Shown here: piece after piece, positions 1-10,905 of the stretch
How positions within the stretch are numbered: the stretch's first letter is position 1
How the letters are laid out: every line of letters begins with the position of its first letter
Assembly (NCBI RefSeq): GCF_052425735.1
Contig: NC_135762.1
Location: 27,094,001 to 27,158,000, forward strand
Direction: 5' to 3'
DNA: 64,000 bases
Source: Oculina patagonica
Lineage: Eukaryota
Translations under genes and position numbers: made by a program
The notes under the pieces: generated by a model
What the model was told of the DNA's origin: nothing
Database searches by the model: none
What the model saw: the letters and a program-made list of their open reading frames with translations, nothing else

Positions 1-2849
1 GCTGAAATTACACCTTTTAAAAAACACGGTATTAAAATTGTCAGTGAATGTCAATCTTACATTCAAATTCGCACTGCGATTTGTCCAGATTTCGTCGTTG
101 TCAGTTAACGTAAACAATAGATCTTTACTTTGGCGGCAGCGAAAAGGGAAGCTTGATATTGTCCAATTGTTTGGTAGTCGTCTTTTACCGTTGCTTTACG
201 GGTCTACAAAGTATTTGGGGACAGATATCTGGTTTATACTCGTTTGGAAACAGGATTGTTTTGCTTTTCATCGACAAATTTTATTTTTGCCGCCTTAGAC
301 CTTGCTTTGAGATATCTCTGTTCTTAAAAAATAAACTAATCGGCCCGCCTTTGTTATCAGAAGTGGTCCGAGACACGAATACTTTACATTTGGAAGCGAC
401 ATTAGACTAAGTGCAGGCTACGTTAAAAAACCCTTAAAATCAACTCTACTGCTAAAACTGCAGTACCATAGCAGATGTTACGATAATGAGCTCTTCACTA
501 GAGAATCTTAATATCCAGGAATCATTAACTTGGACAAATGGAAGCCTGTAAAGCAAATGTGACCTTTTGTATTGTGAATTTCCATTCATTTTGTATGGGT
601 TGCAAAGATGAATTATAAACAGGAAATATGCTAATCTTTATTTGCATTGCGTTCAGTACTTTTTCATTTAGTTGGACACAAATTAGACTTTCTTTAAATC
701 CCTAATCAGATCTGATAAGAATAATATTTTCCTGTTCTTTAAGGAGTGGATTATATAAGGATTTTCGAAGGCTTATGTATTTAGTCGACGCGACAAAGCG
801 GGTTAATTATGTCTGACAAATTCAGTCTCGCTCCAAGAAAGTGTACTTTACTTATTTATATGGGTGACAAAGGCTACTGACGAACGTAAACAGAAAGCTT
901 TCAGCGACCGCAGTAATTAAGGTATCAAAGCCCGCTTATACAAATGTCTACACAAAAATCCTCCTTGACACTAATTGGCAGTTTTCCGCTAAAATTGTAT
1001 CCTGTTAATCAGACAACCCTGTCATTTGAATTTTTTAAGTAACTATGAAGCTCTTCTCTCTTACAGCTTTAGCATCTATCATGCACTGAGCAGGGGTATA
1101 CACGGGGGTAATTTTTCGCACCTCATGCGCACTCAATCTCGTGCACGGAGTCCTGGCTCCTAACTGCGCGCGCATGTTTGACTTAACTATAGTTTCTTGG
1201 TGCTGACCGAAAGAAATGTAACGCGGCCTCTGCGGAAGAAAAATTACGCCGTCTCTCAAGTTTGCCTTACTCCCCACTCCAAGCATGTCCATTGCGTAGG
1301 TCATAAAAATTGCTTGAAAATGATGGCAGTGCCCAGATTCAAGTTTAAACTCAGGTTTTTACAGCGATAATGCATTTAATACGTTTGGCTCACATGCAGT
1401 CAAGGAAAACGAAATTCAACAAAACTCCAGTCGTTAATTTTATTGATCCTGTAATTTTAATAAAAAAAGAGATTTATTAGATTTCCTGCATTTGAAATAA
1501 AACACTACAGAGGTTTACCCTGGATACTCGAGAATTTCCTCGCGCGCTTTTACTGACTGTAACATTTGTCTACTTGTCTGTGAGAGCGCGAAAAAACTTT
1601 CGGGTAACCATGGTAACAATGATACTTCATTTGAAAGAAAAGTCACTTAAGAACAGAGAGAATTATATGCTCTAAAGTCTTACAACGACAAAAATTAAGT
1701 GTATATATATGAAATTTTTTGTGGTTAAAAATATAGCTTCAGCAATTTATAGCTGTAGGCATTATAAGATAACTATTTGAATGTATTTACATTTTCGTAA
1801 TATTATTAACATGGTGAGGATCTACAGCAATATGGACTTCGCTTACCGTTAACAACTGCTTTAGCTACTCAGAATTTAAAAGCCTCAAACTATATTTCTT
1901 TTCTGATTTCTTTGTTAGTTCAACGTGTTTACAACAATGTTGACTATTTTCAGTCCCTCTATGTGTCAATATAATTGGTTTTATTAGTTTCTAATGATTA
2001 CACCTCGCCAAAACCGCCTATGTGTCAAAAAGACAAGCCAAAGCCATAATCTATAATAAAAACTGTTTTCCTTGTAAATATATTGTATATTCTCATGTTA
2101 TTTCAATTTTTCAAGGGATGAAAGCATAAACAAACTTTCTCCCCAAAAAACAGATTCCTAGAAATATACATAAAAGAACTTTGTACAGGAGCACTAATCA
2201 AGTATTCGACATAGTATTGACATTATACATGACGAAACGTTTTGGATGGTGTAAATTGCTTCATTTTGAAACAATTTGATTCTTTTTGGCACTAGAAACT
2301 TGGTACAGGGGAAAATTTTTCCTAAAATTATAACACTTATATACACGAGGTACATACAAGTACCTCAAACGTGATTGAAGACTTCAACTTTCACAGAATA
2401 GAAATCTCTTTGAACAAAACACCATAAAAACACCTACATTCCGTTAAAGCAAATTGCTGTCAAATTGTTGAAAATATGGTAAAAACGTTTATAAGTTTAA
2501 TGAATTTCCCGCGTACCGCCATTTTGGATCTTATGACATTACAGAATTCTTTAGCGATCCTCTGGTAAATTCCATCTCATCAAACATCGTTTTTTTAAGG
2601 TCTCAAATTTCAGTTTCTTGTTGATAAGTTAAGTATAACAATATTTACATGTTGCAGTCAGCCCTCGTCTTACGGAGTCACTGGGTCGTTTCTTGATCGC
2701 ACACTGTAGCCCCTGACAAGAGGGAACTCTCCATAAAGGGGAACTTGAAAACGGTCCCAGCTGCACACAAACGCTTCATCGTTTGTTGGTCCCTAATATA
2801 TGGTTTCTCCTTTTGAGGGATTGCACAGCAGTCGCACAGACTAAGCCAT

Positions 2850-5800
2850 TTATAAATTAGCCTCAATTTGTTGGCTGAGCTCTACAAGTTCCGTCAAGGA
2901 TTCTTCATCCATTCCTATCAGAGACGCGTCGCCATTGATCTCTTTCCCGTCGCCATTCTCAATTTCTTCTTCATCGTCCTCATCCTCGTCAATACTCTCG
3001 CTCCTCTTGAAGCTTAATTTGAAGATTGGACACATGCTCGCCACTGTGGTTCTTCGTTTCAGGGGAGCCTTATTGTTGTTTTCTTGATCGTTCCTCAAGC
3101 CTTCTAGCTTCTCGTTGACCGTTGAGATGTCTACAGCGCTCACTCGACGCGTAGGCAGTCCGTCTGGTGCGATATGGCGGTACGCCGCGGGCCCAGTCTC
3201 GCTCCGTCGTTTCATCGATGGGGAGTGGGTTGGGGAGGCCATTGGTGATCTGAACATGCAGATGCTGTTGGGTGCCACGGATGCGGCGATGTCCATGATG
3301 GAAGGCAGTTGCGTTGCGTTCTTGCTCTTTTTGAGGAAGAAACATGGCAGTGGATTGGGGATCTCCGTGTTTGGGGTAAACTCAAATTCAGTGGACCCTC
3401 GAAGATAGCTGCGAATAAGAAAGGAAGATCAAATAATATTAACAACACCAATATTGCTGATCCTAGAAGTATGCAGGACGCGTGTCACATATCAACCTAG
3501 AAAATGGCCCAGCCTCACCACGAGTCTCTCGTGGCTCAGTTGGTTAGAGCGCCCAACCGGTATCTGGGAGGCCATGGGTTTGATTCCCGTCGGGGACTCA
3601 GAATTTTCCTTTGTTTCATGCTTGTGTCATTGTTGAAAAATTAATCTTCAACACCAATATGATAGAATTAAATCTCAGCCGAGGGTATAGTAACAACACT
3701 CCTATCCGCTTCATGCTATGGAAGTCGGGTTACTAATGCGCTAGTCTGTTGAGCCACTTTAAGTAATTCTCGCAGTCGATTTGATTGAACGTATTTATAC
3801 GAAGACTCGTATTCAACTGACTTAGTTACAAACACAATAAGAAAATATAATAAAAGTCTCGCGATCAACTGTCAATCAAACTTTGTACAATCGCGAATCC
3901 AATCTAGAATCCATAAAACTATTCTAAGGGCACTTTCTCAATTACCAGGAAATCAGGAAACTTAAAATATTTTTAACTTTTGACTAGTCTTGCAAATTTT
4001 TATTTAATTTTTTTATATACTATTTTAAACTTTTTACCATTTGTAATTAATTAGTAGTCATTTGTAATTAATTAGCACTAAATTAATAGTTAATTAGTAG
4101 TAGTTAATTAATCAGTAGGTCCACATTAGACTTAAGTCTGGCCGATTTTTAAAAACCTACTTTATAAATAAACCATGTAATATGTGTGTAAGTATGCGTA
4201 CATAAACAAATCCCCCGGTGGGCTATAAAGTTTCGCGACACCCCGAAAACGCTTTATGTATAGATACTCGACAAGCACTTTTTCCTTCTTACCGTTTGGT
4301 CTCGTAGCTTACGTTGATGAAGCCTGGTTTACTGCCCGACTCCATTTTGTTCGCCAGTGTAACCGTGCTTCCAAACAAACAATACCGAGGCATCATCTTG
4401 CCGACAACGCCAGCCATAACTGAACCACTGTGAATTCCAATGCGAATCTGGGAGAAGGAGAAAACATCTTTTTAGAGCAGTTTTTAATTGAGTGTCGTAA
4501 AACCAAAACCAAAGTAACTTCTCTGGCCAATCACAAAGGACATGCATAAACAATCCAGTGAGCAAAGGAAAACTCGAAGCAAATACATGTAGCCGCCACG
4601 AAGCGCGGAAAGACGTGCGCGAGCGAATCGCGATTAGCTTTGCATGAAAGAGAAAGTGACGCGAGTTTTTTTAGCCAATCACTAAGCGTTGAAATGCAAA
4701 ACCAAAGCAAACGAGAATTCTGACTTTCGACACTCGAGTGAAAACGGCACTTTTTCCATCCATACACGTATCACAAATAAAATTATGTCGAGGGAAGAAC
4801 GTTTTTGCGGGAGATTGGTCACGGCGTGCTCAGTGTATTTTGACACGCCTCATGGGGAAACATTGTTTCTCTAAACGTTTCCCCGTTTAGGCGCACCCAC
4901 ATGTGACATTTGTTGCGGAAGCAAATTTGTCTTCGAGAATTTTGAAACAAAACTGTTTCTGATTTTTTTTTTCAGAAGTATTTTGCTTCCACAGCAAATT
5001 GGGAACCAATTTTTCCGCTACAATGGCCGTTTTCACATTAGAAGACGGACAAATCGTCTAGACGGGCAAGTCCTCTGACGATTTGTTCGACTAGGGTAAA
5101 TTTAAAACGACTTTTAAACGGCTTGTCCGTCTAGACGACCAAGTCGTCCTCAAAACATCGTCTTCCTAGACTGTCAAATCGACGGACAAATTCAGACGAC
5201 TTGTACGTCCAAAATCGTGGCCGTCCCGTTTTCACACTAAGACGATTTGTCCGTCTCTAGTGTGAAAACGGCCAATGTTTTCTCGTTTGAAGAGGCGGAG
5301 GCCTTTAATCGCGCGCGCTCAACTAGTCCTTGCGAGAGACCATCGAGAAGTCTTCGGCTTCGGCGACTGAACAAATTTTACAAGTGACGAGGGAGCGGGT
5401 AAATAGAAGCTTATTTTTCCCCTTCCCCTTCTACCTAGACTCGTCTATTATTGTGAGTGTTAGTGAGCAAGCATACCCTGAGAGGAGTCTTGTCGACGGG
5501 TGAAAGAACCTTTTCAGAAGCCTCCATCATTGAGCATGCCATGTGCGCCACCTTCTCTGCGTGATTGTCACATGGCTTTGGTAGACCACCCACCACCATG
5601 TAAGCGTCACCGATGGTCTCTACCTGCGAAGAAACCATAAGTAGGAGCCATGAGCAGAAGCCACAAGAAAAAAAACAACAACGACTATGCTTTCCGCCCC
5701 TTTCTTAGTGCGGTTCCCATCTGTTTGTGCATCTCATTCGGGTAAGGTCTCTGATTTGATGAATTGACAACCAATAGAAACACAGCTTGAGTGAGTGGGA

Positions 5801-8800
5801 GTGTGGATTACAGTCAACTATCCACACACAAGACGGACACCTGAAGACGGACACCCAGTTTTGGGTGGCGACAGGATGAACCTAGCCGATGTCACACATA
5901 CGTCACTGTGAGAAAGGAAAATACTGCCGGCAGCCGCGAAACAGCCGCCCCATCGCGTCCCGCAACGAAGAGCGAAACACTTCGTGTATGAGAGGCGGCT
6001 GTATTCGCAGGCTACTTTCGGCTTAGGCCAATCAGTTTTGAAAAGGTGTCAGCGTTTTTCACAAATTGATATAAAAACAAGCTTGTTCCTTATTAAATAT
6101 CGGGAATGCTCCTTCACAAAACATCCGAGTGCGGAAAAAAGTGAAATGTCATTAAAGCATTCGTCAAAACTATGAGAAATAATTTATTCCCTACTCCCGC
6201 CGAGAAAAGGAAGAGCGGAAGAATGAAAACACACACGGAAAACTATAGTTTCTAATTGCTCTAAAAGATCTGAGGATTAAGAATGAGTTGAAGACGATTT
6301 CTTCTTTTTAATGATTTTCTATAATTAAAAATTATGGAGAATTAGGAAGTCGATTTTGCTGAGGAAATTAACCGTAAACGAAAACTAACTGAGAAATTTT
6401 GTTTTGGGTTTTATAATTGATTCTTTTGCCAGAGCAAACCGTTTCGTATTAATAGTCTTTACAAAACCTTAAACTTTCTTTTGTCAGCTATATGAAGCTA
6501 ACAAAAACAAAGAATTAAGCGGATTTTCAGCAGCGCCTTAATTACACCACATTCCTTTTGATCTTGCCGGCTAAGGCAATTGCAATTAACATTTGAAAAG
6601 AAATTAACTTGCTGCGAAAAGGTAGATCTTAAAATAATTTTTTTTTTTTTGCGGTTTCCTTTTTTTGGGTCTGAGCCTGTTTCTTGAAGAAGCCACCTTT
6701 TTATTTGTCGTTAAGTAGTCGGTTTATTTCACAGTTGAACTATAGCTACGCAAAAACACAAAAGAGAACTTCGTAGGTGCTAGCCATTAATCGACGTTTC
6801 TAAATTTTCGACATCTTAGTTGGGGGCAATTTTGGCCGACTTAGAACAATTACACTCAAATTTTTCGAAATTTGCCAGCAGATAAGTGTTTTACGGGGAA
6901 AATCATCTCTCCTGGCTGTGATTATTTTCTCTAAATGTTTGGGAATAGTTATGTATTACAGCATGAAACAAATTTGTTTGTAAACTGCATACAAACTCTT
7001 TTAATCGAAATATGCAAATTACAAGGGAATAATCAACAGATTGCCTTCGTTGTGGTCTCATTTTCTTTTTCGATGTGATAAATGCGATAGCTTGCTAATT
7101 GCTAAACGCAGATTTTAAATTTTGAATATCCGTTAATTTCGAGCGTCGGTTCTAAACTCGGCCAAAATGCCACACATTTACGAAAAAATTAGAGCCTTTC
7201 ATGCCCCCAACCAAGATGGCGCCGGAAATCGGGGAGAAATTCTATTGATTGCTTGTATGAATAACAAATTAACTATAGTCATATTAAAATGTCTTCTAAT
7301 CAGCACACAGCTGCCTCTATGCTATAGTCCAGCGAGACATGGTAGGCAGCATTTTTGGTCGAAAATGAGGGTTTTGATTTTTGCATGATATTTCGATTTC
7401 TCCTTCGGCATTTTTCGTTGATCGCTCCATGTTCTACGAGGGAAAAAAGGACGCATTCCCTTGCAGGACATAGCTCCTAAATTTGATAATGAAATACCAC
7501 TTCAACTTATAAATAATCAATGACTTTTTGTCAGTTCATTTAGAATTCATAACTTAAACGACAAGATAACAAATAAATCGGTGATATTAACACGAAATGA
7601 GATGATTTCTTTTTCTTATCTCTAGTATTTTTAACTTTTAAATGTTTAATATGTTTTTTTATATATATTTTAGATACTGCGAGACAGAATTTACAGTGAG
7701 TGAATGACAGACTTTCAGACAGCATTGTGGCCCATAAAACATTATCTTGGATATTTGGGTCGAAGGGAAATTAATTTTCATTATCGCAATTTGTGATTAG
7801 GACGTCAAACGAATGCTAAAAACAATTATTAATTAGAAAGGTTTAAATATTATGGTTTTGGAAATAGCCAAAATAACCGACAACAATAGTTATCTTGTGG
7901 GTTTTATAGTGTAAATGTTATAGACATTGCAAAACGCAAAGACAACCTATTAAATTTTAAGAAAAATTAAGCAAAGGCCATTTGACATTTGTGGGCGATA
8001 AAATAAACCTGTATATCAGAAGATCACAAGCGTAAATTTCTCACTAGCACGTAGAAATTTCACATGTGGAGTGAAAATAGGCATTTTATTTGACACCAAA
8101 ACCGCGGACCATCAGTAGATTTTATACTAAATTTAAAATTTCATGTCGCTACCGCCCACTTTGCCTTACCAGGTTTCTGTTTTGTTATTACATTCTAAGC
8201 TTTTAATCTTTCTTCATTCCACTTTCGAGTAAATAAATCTCTAGTTGCTACGTGCGAAAAATACTTAGATCGCTGGAATAAAGACATGCACTTATAGCAG
8301 GTAAAATTGAATCAAAAATATGTCGAGTGCCCGGCGGATAACCTTAAGGAGAAAAGAGCTACTTGGGGGTCGAAACAGAATGGAAAAATAAATAAAACCC
8401 TCTTATGCAGGAAGTCTGTAAAACCTTTTTAAACAAATACGACTGTCACATACGTACAATAATCAAATATCAGAGGCGAAATTTGCATAAAATGTTTGTA
8501 GTAGCTGTATAAATGATGAAGAAGGAAAATTGTGTTAATGAAAAAAGAGTTTCTGTGGTGAAGCTGTCTTTATAAATGATTAATCGTAAAGGGGAGAAAA
8601 ACAAATTTTAAGATCTCACGCAATCTGAACATTTGGATAATAAAGTTGTAAAAAAAAAATTGTCTTTATCTTTTTGCGGGTAGTATAAAATAAGCGATTA
8701 TAAATGTGAGCGGATTGAATTCACCGAACCGCAGCCGCGAAATTCGATCATCGCGTCTGTTTGCTCTTTGGCGCGAAATTAATTCGCGGTCGATCCAAAA

Positions 8801-10905
8801 TGTCATCGTTAATATAACCCGCTAAACGAATAGGCCGAAGGTCTTTTCAAGAACGGCAAAGTCGCAAACATTTGGAAACGACGCAAGCTTAGTAGTTCGG
8901 CGTTTCGGTAAACATTTGTCAATCACGGAAGACAAAAGACGGGTCCCCGTGAATGACAATAGGCGAGTTAAAAGGCAGAAAGGGAGTTTATTTTGGGAAT
9001 ATAAACGTACCTTGTAAACATCGTTCATCCCGCTTAGCATATCGAAGTAGGTGTAGAGCTTGTTCAGCATCCGTACAATGTCCATAGGTACAATTTTGTC
9101 GTCGGAACATAACGCTGTAAAGCCGACAATGTCACTGAAAAGAATTGTAACAAGTTTGTAGTTTTCAGCGGGAACCGGTTGATTTAACCGCAGTTTTGCC
9201 GCGACTTCTGGGGGTAAAATAGAGTGCAACAAATCATCCGTACGGTTCTTGTTCTCCGTGAGTTTGCTTTCAACTTTCTTTAGATCGTTGCTAGTTTCTT
9301 CCAGCTTTTCCACCAACTCTCTCTCGGCTCTCCTCGCTTGCGACATGAACATAAGATCGCGCGTGGCATCGTGAACGGGAATATCATTGAAAAATATTCC
9401 CAACTGTTTAAAGCTCTCCAGGTTGCTTGCCCGAGGGGAACACAGAAATAGAACACTATCGTTCTTCGGTATATATATCATTTGACCCTTCAGGCGTAGG
9501 GTCGGATTGGCTTGGCTCATTCTTCGACCGTCAGGGACATCTGTAGGGTCGGGTGCAATCGCAAATCTCAGCGCAGACTGTTTTGCCGAGACTATAAAGA
9601 CCGTGTTGATATGGGACAGCACAGTTTCGAAGGTAAACTCCATTCGCGGTCTTGCCAATTCGAAAGCGTCCGTGAACGGGAAGGGGTCACCGGTAGTAAA
9701 GCGTTTGTTTAGGAGACGCATCATTGCTACTCCGGTTTGCGTGATATTCAGCTTTCGATCGAACATCACGTGGAATGGAAAGGCTTTGCAAAAAGACAAC
9801 AGATTAATACCTCCGCGCTGTTTCTTTGCAACCTTCTGTGCATTATCCGGCAGCTGAACACCCTGTTGCCCCGGGACGCGTGTTTAAATCAAACGTTTGA
9901 AGGCCGAGTTTGGAATGGGTCGCATTTTTACAACCGGTTTCTCTGATTGCAAACACTACATGTCCATGATCGTCCGTTCGCGCTTGATTCACTGAAACTA
10001 CAACTTCAGTGTTCAGCATTTCCTTAGCAACGGCTTTCACAATCCCGATCACAATATGCTCTAGTCCCTGTCTTCTTGAGTAGTAATGCAATAGTAAGGT
10101 GCCGTCAGATGTCTCCGTACAGCGGAACGACGGTGCTTCCATTCCGGGATAAATGGTGGCAAGATGGTCATGAAGCGCATCCAGATTGCACAAAAAATCC
10201 CGCAGATTTCTGCCCAGCACTTTCAAAATGCGGTCGTAGCCAGATTGCACGCAGTAGTCCAAAAAGTGCGCGCCAAATGCTTCCAAAACATCGTTTAAAG
10301 GCAGACCTGAAATAAGTAATTGAAGATCTGTAGGTTTATGTTTTCAAAATTTCGAGTACCGTCGGTAATTTTACACTTTTGACCCACTTAGCTACAGTCC
10401 GCCACATTCTAAGCCTAGATTTACGGCATAATACCATTTTTGTGGCCTGTTGTAGAACGCATTCTATACCAATATAAATTTACAAGTATATAGCTCCATT
10501 CTGTACAAAATGAACAAGGTGTTAGTAAAACGCATACCTAAAGTCTCGCAGGCCGCGGCAACCAAGCTAAGCGTCTCTTCATCATCGTAAACTTTGTGAA
10601 TAAGATACGAACCGCCGTCGAGCTCAACCCCAGCTTTCTCGCTAAAGAAGAAAAGAGAGAAAACAAGCAACGCTTACGTTATGAAGCGATGGCTTTACGA
10701 ATCATTTTCGAGCCGTTCGAAAAACTATTAAAGTTCGCTTACATGATCGATCGCCACACGTCTTCACCAAACTTACTGATTACTAAGTCCGCGAGGGCGC
10801 AGTGCACAAAACCATACTGCAACAGAAAAGTAAATGCAGTGAGCAACATGCGAAAGTAACGGTTTGAGAGATTTTAGTATAACAAATATGCGAAATCCTT
10901 ACCAT
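2850..10905 (-). CDS. Soluble guanylate cyclase subunit (H-NOX + PAS/HNOBA + coiled coil + cyclase), 7 exons, ~778 aa if the +1 frame break is bypassed
   Basis: Exons (minus): 10905-10903 (ATG|gtaagg), 10816-10743 ([24 protein letters not shown]), 10641-10538, 10306-9011, 5623-5477, 4447-4293, 3408-2850. All introns are GT-AG and phases are compatible, apart from one extra base inside exon 4. Motifs: NLDALHDHL (heme His), HYYSRR (YxSxR), [37 protein letters not shown]|[24 protein letters not shown]. Confidence 0.92.
3524..3650 (+). mobile_element. tRNA-derived SINE
   Basis: A-box GTGGCTCAGTTGGTTAGAGC and degenerate B-box GGTTTGATTCCC, followed by a non-tRNA tail; lies in the last sGC intron. 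Confidence 0.65.
4473..4752 (+). mobile_element. MITE family A (TAGAGCAGTTTTCAATTGAGTGTC terminus), copy 1
   Basis: Shared CCAATCA-rich ~280-bp body also found at 16916, 34447, 39703 and 52383; terminal inverted repeats TAGAGCAGTTTT / AAAACTGCTCTA (degenerate here). Confidence 0.8.
5025..5273. mobile_element. MITE with ~35-bp TIRs and 3-bp TSD (PIF/Harbinger-like)
   Basis: GGCCGTTTTCACATTAGAAGACGGACAAATCGTCT ... AGACGATTTGTCCGTCTCTAGTGTGAAAACGGCC, flanked by AAT/AAT. Confidence 0.75.

Noticed and set aside
1035-1304. 89-aa minus-strand ORF, and the short ORFs at 38-410
   Set aside because: No recognisable domain or splice context.
3524-3600. tRNA-like sequence
   Set aside because: The B-box is degenerate, there is no convincing anticodon arm, and a SINE-like tail follows; treated as a SINE head.
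6520-8350. Probable ~1.8-kb DNA transposon remnant in sGC intron 4, ending ...GCCCGGCGGATAACCTTAA
   Set aside because: I could not find a matching left terminus or any coding remnant, so the boundaries are unsupported.
9860-9888. Slippery heptamer T TTA AAC in frame 0 of the sGC, followed by a GC-rich possible hairpin, looking like a -1 frameshift cassette
   Set aside because: The conserved downstream ORF is in the +1 frame. A -1 slip reads into a frame that stops after about 40 codons, so it does not repair the gene.
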